Part shown: piece after piece, positions 1 to 13,815 of the stretch
How the letters are laid out: each line of letters starts with the position of its first letter
Numbering within the stretch: position 1 is the first letter of the stretch
Origin: Nymphaea colorata
Taxonomy: Eukaryota
Direction of reading: 5' to 3'
Assembly: GCF_008831285.2 (NCBI RefSeq)
Contig: NC_045138.2
Coordinates: 8,866,001-8,930,000 of the forward strand
Length of the DNA: 64,000 bases
Notes under the pieces: generated by a model
Database searches by the model: none
Told to the model about the DNA's origin: nothing
What the model saw: only the letters and a program-made list of their open reading frames with translations
Position numbers and translations under genes: made by a program

Positions 1-314
1 TTCGGCTAAGATATTTCTCTTACATAGTGACAATCCATTTCAATATGTTTTGTCCTTTCATGAAAGGTATGATTGCTAGCAATGTAGATGGCACTTTTGT
101 TGTCGCAGTAGAGCTTGGTGGCTTCATTAAGGTCAATTCCAATGTCCTTCAATAAGATTTTCAACTATACAATCTCCATGGTGGTGGTAGCCATGGCACG
201 ATACTCTGCTTCAATTGAAGATAAAGAGACTTTATGTTGTTTTTTGCATCTCCATGAAATGAGGGTCACCTAGAAAAACACAAAAACCGATGGTGGAATG
301 CCTATTATTAGGAT

Positions 315-3300
315 TGTTAAGACGTGTTTATACTCAGTATTAGGCTTGAGAGGGCACTTGTGTAATAATGTTTCTTTTTAATGACTTTCTTGTAACTTAT
401 CCCTCTCCTCTAGTCTATATAAAGAGGAGTTAGGGATTCTTTCGAGGTTAATCAAAGATTAGTTCTCTTAAATTCATCATGGTATCAGAGCTCCAGCCGT
501 CTCCTCCTCAGCGAGTTGTCGCCGACTAAGCAGCGCCGGCCGCCGCCTCATCGGCGTCAGTTGCCGTCGCCCTTTGCCCCCCTGTCCATTGCCGCCTGAT
601 CCATCCCTGCTGCCCCTCGTCGCCCTACCCATTGTCTGCCTGCGCCGCCTCCGCCTGTGCCGCCTGCGCCCGTCCGCCTGCGCCGCCGCTGCGTGTGCAC
701 TCTGCCGTTGCTCCGCCCAGCAGATTGCTTCGCCTGTCATCTTCGCCGCCGCCTCAACGCTGATTTTTTCCTCTCTGCGTCTTTCCGCTGCATGCTGCTC
801 CGCCGCTGCTAAGCACGCTGCTCCTCCGCTGCACGCTGCTCCGCCGCTGTTCCGCCGCTGCTCTGCCCGTGGTTCTGCACGCTGATTTTCTTCTCAGCGT
901 CGTCTCTGGTATCTCTCTTCGTTCAGCTCTGCTGTTGCCTCTTCTCGCCGATCAGACTTCTGGATTGCTACCTGCGTTAACTGCATATTGCTTCATGATC
1001 AGCATGTTGTCTTTCGATATGTGATTGTATTCTTTTGCCTGCACTTCCTATTCCGTGGCTCGGTTTCCTCCTTTGTGTTGAAAGATGTCTGAAATTAGTA
1101 GTGGCGCTAATACCTCTTCCTTTGTATCGTCGGGAGAGATGAAGAGTTCCCCATTTTCCAGCATTATCACCAAAATGGATGGGGGTAATTACGAGATGTG
1201 GGCCATGCAAGTAAAAAGAACTTTGATCGCTCATGAGAAGGAACATCTCATATTGGAGCCCGAGCCCGTACAGAAGGTAGGAAAATATACTACTTGGTTT
1301 AAAGATAATTCATTGGTTATGGTATGGATTGTTGGTACTCTCTCACAAGAAATTGCAAATGAAGTCTTGCACAAGGACAGTGCAAAGGATATGTGGGATT
1401 CTCTTGCTGCCACTTATTCACAGGCAAGAAATGAAACGCGCATTATGCAGCTTCATCATGATATCCATCAGATGCGACAAGATGGCAGACCTCTTCACAC
1501 TTATTATTCTAGTCTCAAGTCCATGTTTGAGAGACTGAATAGCTACTTTCCCGCATGCAAGTGTGAACAACAAAAGGCATACAGAGATATGCTTATGGTA
1601 GGGGTCTTTCTTTCTGGTTTAGACTCTGTTTATGAATCCGCAAAGAACCAAATGCTTACTAGTCCCTCGATTCCTCCTATTGATGAGGCTTACAGTAGGC
1701 TCAGCAGAATTCCGATCTCTGCATCGATTGTTCCTGATACCACTTCTGCTATGCTTGCTACTCGTGGCAGAGGTGGACCCTTTTTTGCCAGAGGACGAGG
1801 GGGCCGTGGCCGTGGCAATACCCCTTCGCGCCCTGTATGTCAGTTTTGTCACCGCATTGGTCATACTGTGGATAAGTGTTGGCAGAAACATGGTCGTCCA
1901 GCTTTTGCAAACCAGACTGTATCTACTGATTCTCCTGAGCAGCCTAAGCCTCAGCACACTGCCTCCTCCAGTGAGTTGCATGTAGATGACATTCTCTCTC
2001 AGTTGAGGCACTTGATTGGCGACATGTTGGCTTCTTCATCTGGTATGTATTCTGCCTGTACAGTCTGCTCTCCTCCTGACACTACAGATTGGCTTATTGA
2101 TTCTGGTGCATCGACACATCTCTGTGGGGATAAGACGCAATTCACCTCTTACGTCCCTACTCCACCGGGTCGTTCGGTTATTCTAGCAGATGGAAAAGAT
2201 TCACCAGTTGTTGGACATGGAGAGGTCCAACTTACTTCATCATTGCCGCTGCAGCACGTTCTTCATGCACCAGAATTCCCCCATAGCCTACTTTCTATCA
2301 GTCAGATTACCAGAGAATTAAATTGTCGTGCTATATTTGACTCTTCCTCTCTTGTGTTTCAGGATATACTGACGGGCAGGGTGATTGGCAGTGGCCGTGA
2401 ACAGGGAGATCTCTACAGGCTAGTGCATTCCTTTCCCTTTGCTGGATCTACCTCGTCGGGGTCGTCCTCATCCTCGGCTTATACTTGGCATTTACGTTTT
2501 GGACATCTCCCGTTTCAGAAACTGTTGCATGTTCTCCCTCAGCTGTCTCATAAGTCGTCTTTTCAATGTGAGTCTTGTCAGTTAGGCAAACACCATCGGT
2601 CATCCTTTCCTCCGCGGTCTAGTAGAACTAGCCACTCTGTGTTTGAGTTACTTCATTTTGATGTTTGGGGCCCGAGTCGTACTCCTGACCTTCAGGGTCA
2701 TCGGTATTATCTTGTTGCTGTTGATGATTACAGTCGTGTTAGTTGGGTTTTTCTTATGAAACACAAATCTGAAGCGGGTCATGTAATCAAAAATTTTATC
2801 AATGAAATTCTGACTCAGTTTGATACTTGTGTCAAGATTGTGCGCTCTGACAATGCTCTTGAGTTCTGTGCTTTCTCTTTAGAACAATTTTTCAGGGATA
2901 AGGGTATCATTCACCAAAGTTCTTGTGCCTATTGTTTGACGTCCTCTACAACACCTATACCTCTCAACAAAACGGGGTTGCTGAAAGAAAACACCGCCAT
3001 ATTCTTGATGTCGCCAGAACCATTATCATACACAGCCATGTTCCCCATTCTTATTGGGGAGATGCTGTTCTTACAGCATGCTATCTTATTAATCGCATGC
3101 CGTCATCCGTGTTGGGAGATCTTATTCCTTTCTCTGTTCTTTTTCCTGACAGAGAATTGTTTTCTGTTGCACCTCGTATTTTTGGATGTGTTGCCTTTGT
3201 TCAGTTGCTTGGTCCTGGGAGAGATAAGTTATCCCCTCGGGCTATCAAAACGATCTTTGTTGGTTATTCCCGCACTCAAAAGGGATATCGTTGTTATGAT

Positions 3301-5473
3301 CCTTCTACTCGTCGATATTATGTGAGTGCTGATGTTACATTTTTTGAGTCCACCTCTTATTTCTCTCCCAATGGAACTCAATTAAGGGTGCCTGAATTTA
3401 GTGATGAAGTCCACCTTCCTTTACCTCTCATGAGTTATCCACAACCCGTTGCTTCGCGTTTTGGGGCTATCTACCAACGTCGCACTAAACCTGTTCAACC
3501 TGCCCCCTGTGCTCCTGTGCCTTCACCCAGCATGCCCAAGGTACTTCCTGAACACACAAATCCTGCTGACCATTCTTTATGTGATGATGCCACAGGGGAC
3601 TCTCCAGAGCATGCTACTGGTCCTCATATTAATGAACTTGATATGCCTATTGCTCAAAGGAAAGGCAAACGCAGTTGCACTATGCATCCTCTCTCTGGTC
3701 ATTTGTCCATGGCTCGACTCACTCCTACTTACCGACAGTTTGTCAAGGGACTGTCGGCTGTAGCTCTTCCACAGACTCCCATGGACGCTCTTTCTGATCC
3801 CAAATGGGCCGCAGCTATGCAAGAAGAGATGGATGCCCTTCAGTCTAGAGGCACCTGGACACTAGTTACTCCTTCATCTGATGCAGCTATTGTTGGTTGT
3901 TGATGGGTATTTACTGTTAAATACAGAGCAGATGGCAGCATTGAGAGATATAAGGCTCGCCTGGTTGCAAAAGGCTATACTCAGACTTATGGGGTTGATT
4001 ATTATGATACCTTCTCTCCTGTGGCACGACATGCTTCTTTACGGGTTCTTCTCGCTGTTGCCGTCAGCAAGAATTGGTCTCTATCACAGCTTGATGTCAA
4101 AAATGCCTTTCTGTATGGTGACCTACATGAAGAAGTGTATATGCAGCAACCACCAGGGTTTGTTGCTGAGGGGGAGTGTCAGAAAGTGTGTAGATTGAGA
4201 AAGGCAATTTATGGTCTGAAACAAAGTCCTCGAGCTTGGTTTCAAAAATTATCAGAGAATATTGAGAATGAGGGCTTCAGACGTTCTTCGGCTGATCATT
4301 CCCTTTTTGTCAAGAAAACTTCTACAGGTACAGTGATAGTTCTTGTCTATGTTGATGATATCATTGTTACAGGGGATGATATTCAGGGGATTTCCAACAT
4401 CAAGGGCGTCCTTGGACGACACTTTGTCACCAAGGATCTTGGTGAGCTACGCTATTTCCTAGGTATTGAGTTTGCCAGAAATCAGAAGGGTCTTATCATG
4501 TGCCAAAGGAAATACGTTACTGATGTCTTGCAAGAGACAGGTATGCTAGGATGTCGACCTGCCTCTACACCCATGGACATCAATACTCGCTTGTATGATG
4601 ATGATACTGAAGATGTTGATGCTAGACAATATAGAGGGATTGTTGGGAAGCTCCTATATATCACTGTTACTCGACCTGATATTGCCTATGCTGTCAGCAG
4701 AGTGAGTCAATTTATGGATAAGCCCAAGAAAGTCCATTGGGATGCTGCCATGATGATTCTCAGGTATCTGAAAAATTCACCAGGAATGGGACTTTTCTTT
4801 CAAAATGGTACATCTCTCACTATATCTGTGTATGTTGATGCTGATTATGCGGGATGTCACCTTGACAGAAAATCCACTACTGGGTTTTGTGTGTTTATTG
4901 GATCCAACTTGGTTACATGGAAGAGTAAGAAGCAGACAGTGGTTGCCAGATCAAGTGCAGAATCTGAGTATAGAGCTATGGCTCAGGCTACTGCTGAAGT
5001 TATGTGGGTTAGATCTCTGATGTTGGATCTTACTGTGGAAGTGCCTCTTCCTATGCAATTGTTAGGTGATAACAAAGCTGCTCTGTTTATTGCTAATAAT
5101 CATGCTTTCCATGAGAGAACCAAGCATGTTGAAGTAGATTGTCACTATACCAGAGACATGATTCAAAAGGGGTTTGTAAGTACCTCCCATATTTCAACTA
5201 CAGGGCAAACTGCTGATATTTTTACTAAAGCTCTTGCAAGAGGACCATTCCAAAGTTGTTGTTCCAAGTTGAGCTTGTTTGACATATACGCTCCAACTTG
5301 AGGGGGAGTGTTAAGACGTGTTTATACTCAGTATTAGGCTTGAGAGGGCACTTGTGTAATAATGTTTCTTTTTAATGACTTTCTTGTAACTTATCCCTCT
5401 CCTCTAGTCTATATAAAGAGGAGTTAGGGATTCTTTCGAGGTTAATCAAAGATTAGTTCTCTTAAATTCATCA
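315..5473 (+). mobile_element. Ty1/Copia LTR retrotransposon, copy A (full length, disabled)
   Basis: 165-bp TG...CA LTRs at 315-479 and 5309-5473, identical by eye; TSD AGGAT (310-314, 5474-5478); PBS TGGTATCAGAGC at 480; PPT GAGGGGGAG before the 3' LTR. Confidence 0.97.
1085..5301 (+). pseudogene. gag-pol of Copia A (Gag, zinc knuckle, PR, INT, RT, RNase H)
   Basis: CQFCHRIGHTVDKC, WLIDSGAS, WHLRFGH, QQNGVAERKHRH, YVDDII, ADIFTKAL. Frameshift from a 26-bp insertion at 2933-2958 and a premature TGA at 3901-3903. Confidence 0.95.
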
Positions 5474-5756
5474 AGGATCTCCACCCCAATCAGCATCAAT
5501 ATAAGCAATCATATTCAAGTTTGATGAGGAGGATAGAAAAAGTCCCTTAGTGATAGTGTGTTTGACATATCGAACAATCCTCAATGCAGCTCCCATGTGT
5601 ACAAAAGTGGGTCTTTGTTGAAACTAACTTATAACATGTACAGCATGTGATATGTCAGGCCTTGTGATGGATAAATATATGAGAGCTCCCACCAATTGAC
5701 GAATGGGGGTGGGATTTTCTAGAATTTCTCCATCATCAATCTTCATCTTTACTCCT

Positions 5757-7907
5757 TGTAGAAATAATGGACGCACAAGAAACGAAGATCAAACACAGAT
5801 GTAACGTGGAAAACCTTCAACTAGAGGGAAAAAACCATGGGTGAAGAGATCTGGTACCCACTAGCCGCCAGAGACTCTCTCTCTTAGAAAACTTCATTAA
5901 CTTGCAAGATTAGGGTTTACGATGGTATAAGTATGCCCAAACCAAGACTCACTGGATCGGGTCCAAACCCGGACCCATACATCAAGATCCGTCAACACTC
6001 CCCCTCAAGTTGGGCATACATATCAAACATGCCCAACTTGGATACATTTCTCTCAAATGGAGTTATGTGTAAAGCTTTTGTCAGAATATTAGCAGTTTGA
6101 TCTTCAGAGTTCATGTATAGTAATATGTTAACTCCCTGGCATCAATTCTTTCTCTGATGAAGTGACGGTCAATCTCAACATGCTTTGTTCGATCATGAAG
6201 CACTGGATTGTTAGCCAAGTTAATCGCAAACTTGTAATCACAATACATCTTCATAGGCTCTTCAGTCTCTATCCCAATATCAGTCAGCAAGATCTTTAGT
6301 CATAACAACTCTGATACTCCAGTAGCAACAGCCCTATATTCAGCCTCTGCACTTGAGCGGGAACAAACATCTTGTCTCTTGCTTCTCCAAACAACTAGAT
6401 TTCCCCTCAAGTAGACGCAGTACCCTGAAGTAGATCTTCTGATGTCAACACAGCCTACCCAGTCTGCATCAGAATACCCTTCAATTTCAAAGGACCTTTG
6501 TTTCACATATAGAAGTCCTTTTCCAGGATTCTTCTTCAACTAACACATGATTCTATCTACAGCCTTCAAGTGTGCATCCGTAGGTGCATACATAAACTGA
6601 CTCATCACATTTACAGCAAAGGTGATATCCGGTCTAGTGTGAGGTATATCAATCTACCAACTTGACGTTGATATCTCCCTTTAGCTTCTTCACACAAAAG
6701 TTCTTCATCCTTGCTATTGAGTTTGTGCCCAGCATCCAGAGGAGTAGAGGCTGGTCTGCATCCCAGTTTTCCTGTCTCCTTCAGTAGATCCAAGGTGTAC
6801 TTCCTTTGATTAAGCGCAAGAGTCGTACCTGATCTGGCAATTTCAATACCAAGGAAATACTTTAGCTTGCCAAGGTCCTTGAGATCAAATTCAGCAGATA
6901 GTAAACCCTTTAATCTTGCTCTCTCTTTTTCATCATCACCTGTAACAATCATATCATCAACATAGACCAACAGTAGAATAACTTTACCCTCTATCCTCTT
7001 TATAAACAGGGTATGATCTCCATTTCCTTGTTTATAGCCATGCTTCTTCATAACAAGTCTGAGACGTTCAAACCATGCTCGGGGAGACTGTTTGAGCCCA
7101 TACAAGGCCTTCTTCAGTTTACAGCATTTTTCAGGTCTCTCAAAACCTGGGGGCATACACATATACACTTCCTCTTCGAGATCTCCGTTGAGAAATGCAT
7201 TTTTAACATCGAGTTGGCACATGTCCCAACCCTTCAACACTGCTAAAGAAATAATAACTCTAACGGTCTTCATTTTCGCGATAGGAGCAAACGTCTCTAA
7301 GTAGTCGATCCCACATTTCTGACTGAACCCATTGGCCACCAGTCGTGCTTTGTACCTCTCAACATTCTCATCTGGTTTGTACTTAATGGTGTAGACCCAC
7401 TTTGACCCAACCAAATGAGCTGCTTCAGGAATCTCTACCACTTCCCATGTCTGATTTTTGTCTAAGGCTTCCATCTTTTCTTGCATAGCATAAGTCCACT
7501 TGGGGTCACTCTGAGCCTCTGTAACATTCCTGGGAATCACAGCCACAGACAAGGAGGATACAAAACATTTGTAGTCAGTGCTCAATGTAGAGTAAGACAC
7601 AAAGTTACCAATAGGGTGTTGAGTACATGACCTAACACCCTTTCTCAGGGCAATGGAAAAATACCATGTAGAAATAATAGACGCACAAGAAACGAAGATC
7701 GAACACAGATGTAACGTGGAAAACCCTCAACTAGAGGGAAAAAACCACGGGTGAAGAGATCTGGTGCCCACTAGCCGCCAGACTCTCTCTCTCTTAGAAA
7801 ACTTCATTAACCTGCAAGATTAGGGTTTACAATTGTATAAGTATGCCCAAACCAAGACTCACTGGATCGGGTCCAGACCCGGACCCATACATCAAGATCC
7901 GTCAACA
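5757..7907 (-). mobile_element. Internally deleted Ty1/Copia (element E), only RT-RNase H between LTRs
   Basis: 241-bp LTRs at 5757-5997 and 7667-7907 (about 11 mismatches by eye); TSD CTCCT (5752-5756, 7908-7912); PPT at 5998-6008; RT ORF 6611-7600 and RNase H 6300-6539; PBS cut to TGGTAT. Confidence 0.95.
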
Positions 7908-10900
7908 CTCCTAAAGCTTCAGGAGTGTCCACTACCTTGTCATCAGTGATTCCTGATCTGCTTATAATGTTATTGGCAAACTTCATTTGTGAGAATAAGT
8001 ATCCTCTTCTACTATAAGCAACTTCAATACCAAGGAAATATGTTAGTTTCCCCAAATCAGTCATTTCAAATTCATTCTTAAGGAAAGTCTTTACCTGCAT
8101 AATTCCGTTGGCATCATTACTTGTAATAATCATATCATCTACATATAAAAGCAACACAATTGTACCTATAGTTGTGTTTTTAACGAACATAGCAATGTCA
8201 GAAAAACATGACTTAAAACCTTGTTTAAACATAACATTGCTAAACATATCAAACCAAGCTTTTGGAGCTTGTTTCAAACCATACAATGCCTTTCTAAGAT
8301 AAAGAACTTTCCCTTTAGGTAAATCTAGCCCAAGGGGTGAGTCCATGTATACCTCCTCATTTAAGTAACCATTCAAGAAATCATTTTTGACATCCAATTG
8401 ATATATGGACCATTGTTTAATAGAAGCAACAACAATAAGAGCTCTAACAGAGGTCATACGAGCAACATGGGCAAAAGTTTCTTCATAAATCAATCCCATA
8501 TTCTTGGGCATATCCTTTGGCAACAAGTCTAGCTTTATACCTTTCAATTGATCCATCACTTCTAGTCTTGACTTTGTAAACCCACCTACATCCTATTGTC
8601 TTTTTCCCGATAAGAAGAGACACAATGTCCCAAGCTTTATTATCTTCAAGGGCATTAAGTTCATTGTTCATGGCTTCAACCCAATGTGGGTTAGTTTTGG
8701 CTTCAACATAAGATAAAGGTTCATCAAGAGAGTGAATAGCTAATAAGCAAGCTCTATGTTTTGGAGAAAAAGGTGGATGAATATCTCTTTGAGATCTCCT
8801 AAGAGTTGGTTGAGACTCTTGGATGTTTTGTTGAGACCTTCTCTTATAAACTTTTGCTTCTCTTGGTGGTGGTCTATTAAAATAAGTGCTATCAACCTCA
8901 TTTAGAGCATCATCATATGAAGAATGCAAAACATCATCATCATCATTATCATAATCATCATCATTTATCCATAAAAAGGAATAGTCATCTTCATGCTTGG
9001 GTTTATTTTCATTAAAGCCATTTTCTTCTTCTAAAAATGTCACATTTCTTGAAACATAGACCTTATCTTTTTCAATATCATAGCATCTGTATCCTTTGTT
9101 TCGGAATAGCCAATGAAGACACATTGAATAACTCTAGATAAAAGTTTATCATTTTTGTCATTTAGAATGTAACATTTGCAACCAAAGACTTTGAATCTTT
9201 TATAAATTGGCTCCAAATTAAAAAGTTTTTGAAAAGGTGAAATATTTTCTAAAACTTTAGAGGACATTCTATTAATCAAGTAAATGGATGTTAGAATCGC
9301 TTCAGCCCAAAAAATTTTTGGAACATTTTTTGATATAAGGATAGCTCTTGTTGTTTCAAGAATATGTCTATGTTTTCTTTCGGCGACTTCGTTTTGTTGG
9401 GGGGTTTTGGGACAAGACTTTTGGTGTATAACTCCCTTTTTCTTTAGGAATTCTTCAAATTCATTGGAAATGAATTCTCCTCCAGAATCACTTTTAAAAA
9501 TTTTAAGGTTTGCATCAAATTGAGTTTTGATCATGTTGTAAAAGTTTTTGAAATTCATAAAGACTTCCAATTTGCGTTTAAGAAAGTAAACCCAAGCATA
9601 ACGAGAGTAATTATCCACAAAAATGACATAATAAAGTAAACCACCTTTAGACATAATAGGAGCGGGACCCCATACATTCGAATGCACTAATTCAAAAGGT
9701 GCTTTTGCAACAAATTTTCTATTTCCAAAAGGTAAAGCCTTAATTTTGGCTTTAATACAACCATCACATGAAATCATTTCTTTACATTTCTCTTCCAAAA
9801 AAAGGATACAAGACATTTTTCCTAAACTTGGATGTCCAAGTCTTTGATGCCAAATTTGAATATCACTCTTCTTGACTACATTGCAAGTTGGGCTGGAAAG
9901 ATCCAAATAATCAACATAGTAGAGATCATTTTTCCTACAACCTTCCCCAATCGTCTTCTTGGAAAGATGGTTCTGTATCAAAAATTTATTTTGTGAGAAG
10001 ACAATATCACATCCATGATTTGTTATTTGAGAAACCGACAAGAGATTTAAGTTAAGTTTGGTAATAAATATAACTTTTGGTATTTTGAAAACTTTTGAAT
10101 TAAAATTTTGATCAATATTCCCAACACATTTGATTTCAAGAGGAGTTCCATCGGTGGTTTTAACAAAAGGGCACGATTCCTCCTTAGTGCGTTCGGTAAG
10201 TAATGAACTACAAGGGTTCATATGAAAAGAAGCTCTGGAATCAAGTATCCAAGAGTACTTACTTGATGATGTAGATGCTAATACTTTATGACCATAGAAA
10301 CTCCGCATTTGCCAAAGTATGGACCTGCTTCATCTCGAAGGTTCCCTGATAGCTAAATGTACCAAGTTTTTGCTAACAAAATAGTTGCCTAATGACAATA
10401 GTCTTTTTCACATAAGTAGAGCTTCCAATTTTTCGCCTTTTCTTATATTAAAAAAATGATGTGATAACTCTACAGCTGGAAACCTTATTCTGTCACATGA
10501 GAGGAAAATTATTGAAAGATGGCTCTTTTCTTTTTCAATATTCGTAGAAGGGAACACAGTTTGAACCTTCACAAAAACATGAATGAAACCATCAAATTCC
10601 TCTTCAATTCAAGGAGATAAGCACTATTTGGTCTATATCTTTCTTTATTTGTTAATTCAATTTAAGATATCCTAAAAGTATCTGCTCAAACAGGAAATCA
10701 GATATAGGCCAATGCATATTGGTTGACATGTTGTATCAATACGCAAACTTGGTTGTGTCATCTTTTAGGCTTTACTTGTGTTTCCTGAGAGGACTTTATT
10801 GCTTGCCCGAAATATAAAACCCCCAAAAAACCCCACGGCCATTCCCTGTGGCATTCGAAAAGTGTGGGCACTGCCGCCAGCCGCCTGCTGCCCGTCCAGT

Positions 10901-12249
10901 TGGCCACACTTTTGGGCTGCACATCTAGCTGTTATTTATTAAAAGGTTTACTTTTTCTAAGATTTAGTTTTTTCACAAAAAGACACTTAAACTTTTGAAA
11001 ATATGTAAACAGTCCATTGCTTAGATTTGTAGAGATGTCAATGGATTAAATTTGAATGAGATATATTTTTTGCTGTATCTATATTATTTTTGGATATTTG
11101 TATATTTGGATTTTCATTTAGATTTAATTACAAACAAAACAAATCCACAATATATTTGAAAACTATTTCCTGACTGCTGCTCTGTCCTATATCTTATTGC
11201 CATATTGTCAGCATTTTTCAAGAGGAAGCAAACAAGTGAAATATTTAAAACCTTTGTGTGCACTTCTTTTTTCTGCTCCAAAATAATTTGTGGTTGCCGA
11301 CGATTGGCCGAGGGCCAAAGCCCAAAAACCACGTGGTTGGCAGATGGCTGCCGACAGAATGGACGTGATTAAGTCGTCGAAGGACAAAAACTTGTTTTCA
11401 ACGGTAGCTTCTCATCCTGCTTTCTTTGGGGCTATTTTAAATACTTCCTCATTTTTCATGGTTTCCAGATTCTTGTAGTTTAATTGCTAAACTAATAGCT
11501 TAATGAAAAAATCTAACGTTTACGCGGGTTCTGCTCCAAAATTCTAAAGCAAATTGTGGATTATATAATCAAACTAGTTTTATTTTGATCTTCTGGGTAT
11601 TTGCTTGTCATTATGATTTAGCAATTTTATGGTGAACAAATTGTTGGAGAAAGAAAAGAACGGAACAGATGAATTAAAATAGATGAAAAAGCTAAAAAGA
11701 AAAGAAATGCAAAAAAAAATGCCAAACACAACTTTCAAAATAGATTATATATATATGAGAGACAGATTTTAGTAGGCCAACAATTTCAGACGGTGGATTT
11801 TAAATTTTATAATATCCTGTTAGTGTACCCAAGGAACATCATTTTCACGTGTGACCGAGTTAACGCTAATCCTTTTTTTTTTTTCACTTTACTTTTGGTA
11901 ACGGTCATCATTTCTTTCAAAATCATACATCAATAAAATCATGATCATAGCTTATTTTCAAATAAACTGGATAAATTGTGTTGTATTTTATTGGTAAAAT
12001 GATGTCTCATTGGAAGGGCCTAGACTCCTAGCTTAATTTTACGGAGTCTTTCGGAGTATTTGCTTCCCTGAGTTCTAATTTAAACCACTGAATATCTTAG
12101 ATCCCATTATTTGATGTCACACCCCCTCCCATCCAATCGCTTTGGCAACACACTGACTATTTCAAATTTTTATTAAAATTCCGTGTTCTTTCAGTACTCT
12201 CTGAGCCCCATATAAAAAGGATTTCGTATCGTAGACTCAAGACTATCAA

Positions 12250-13170
12250 AACACCCCTATTTAAAAATATGATAGACATTGAAATTTTAATAACCCATTA
12301 AAAGCAGTTAAGCTTTTAATAGTAATTATTTGATATTTTTTCTCTCATTAATGATAAATGTACCACTTCTACTTCCCCCAATATTGGTGGTGGGGACAAT
12401 TTGATCCAAACATAATTACCTCTAATGATCCGGATATAGTTACCTCCAAATATCAAGTTTCACAACAAGCTTGGGTGGATGTTTGATAGTTTTCTGAAAC
12501 TTTCAAATAATATATCTCAAAGATTTCTCAAGGATGTTATTATTTTATCTGAAATGCCTTTTAAATGGAAGGGGTATGGTTCGGGGTTTCTGAACCATAT
12601 CACGACCGAGAATGGGCTAAAAGTGTTATTTAAAAAATAAATATGTACAAAAATTAGCTAAAAAAATTAACAACCTGTCAACAAATTATTTAGCACTTAG
12701 AGTGAGGGGAAGGAGATCCTAACTGCCCCATTAACCCTCCCCTCTCCTTTTCTCCTACCTCAAGATAGAGGGCTGCATGGGTTAGAGCTTGCACTACAAG
12801 AAAGGGGTATATATTGTTGATAGTATTCCAATTAGTGAGGAGCGAACAGACTGTTTGTTACGTTATTTCACTTGCAAAAATAATCAATTAACGGTCACAC
12901 AAAATGTTATAATACCCAAATCACCCTCGTGACTAACTGTCCATGTGAACCTTGGAACAAATTATTTTAATACTTAAAAGCACGTCACTTTTGGCTTTAT
13001 TGAATACGCCAATTTAAGTCAAAGTCAATTCTGACGGTACTCCTTTGTCGATGTATGTACATTATGGTGGTAAAGCTCACACCCGAACGAATGACTTGGA
13101 GTGTCAGCCTCATCTCATCTCAAGAAGGAAAGAAAGAAAGAAAGAAATTCATCCCTACCCTTAGGCGGAG
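12250..13170 (+). repeat. Diverged direct copy of the sequence upstream of the PUT gene (16480-17120)
   Basis: Collinear shared blocks: AGTAATTATT.GATATTTTT, ATAATTACC..CTAATGATCC, CAAGTTTCAC...CTTGGGTG, GCCTTTTAAATGGA, TAAAAAATAAATATG, AAGTCAAAGTCAA. Confidence 0.75.
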
Positions 13171-13815
13171 CCAATCAGCAACGTAGCCACATGGTGTAGC
13201 TGCTTTTCTACCAATTTATGGATGTCGAAACTCTGACTCGAACTTGTTTGATTAAGCTGGACCGAAGCTCGACTTCTGTACTTAACCGAATGGACCTCGA
13301 ATTCGGAACAAAACTCGAGTTTCTGAGCAAGTCAAGTTCGAGTTATACTTACTCGACTTGTTTAAAGTCAGTTGGCTCGTCTACAGTTGTTACGCAAGTC
13401 AGCTGAAACAGATAAGACGTAAATTTCTCCTAGATCTAATGTCCTTGCTGCTGATAACGTTGTACTTGATTGCCCTATAGAGAAGATGTGCAAACTATCA
13501 AGGAAAGCGTCCTGCTTATGTTTGAGACCCCTAGCCCAAGTGACATAATGTGTTGGTTTGTGGTTCATTAAAGTACAACTACTTTATTAGCTATACTTTC
13601 ATGCACATGCAAGCCATCTGCTTGTTTTGTAGACAAGCATTTTAAATTGTGTTTTTGTTAGATATATGTACTGGAGACATGCCTTGTAAATGCCTAATGG
13701 TGATCATTTCTCAAGAGTATGATTGGGAAGAAGATGGTGGGGTTACCCTTGCGCCTTTGCTGCTTGCAATCATCCTTGTCTTCATCTACCAACATACTAT
13801 GGCGATCTCCCATGG

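Larger units (their letters stand above)
1..10330 (-). mobile_element. Degenerate Ty1/Copia pol (element H), in three pieces (1-309, 5479-5751, 7913-~10330), host of elements A and E
   Basis: Minus-strand ORFs 9040-10308 (protease WILDSRAS, GAG-pre-integrase WHQRLGHPS, integrase PQQNEVAERKHRHI), 8483-9124 and 7807-8559 (RT, LYVDDMII). RT/RNase H continues across the TSDs of E and A. Frameshifted; no LTR seen; runs off the window start. Confidence 0.9.

Noticed and set aside
477..885. Arg/Pro/Ala-rich ORFs in Copia leaders (also 30169-30427, 39502-40032, 49859-50656)
   Set aside because: By-products of GC-rich, CCG-repetitive leaders; open in several frames and not conserved between copies.
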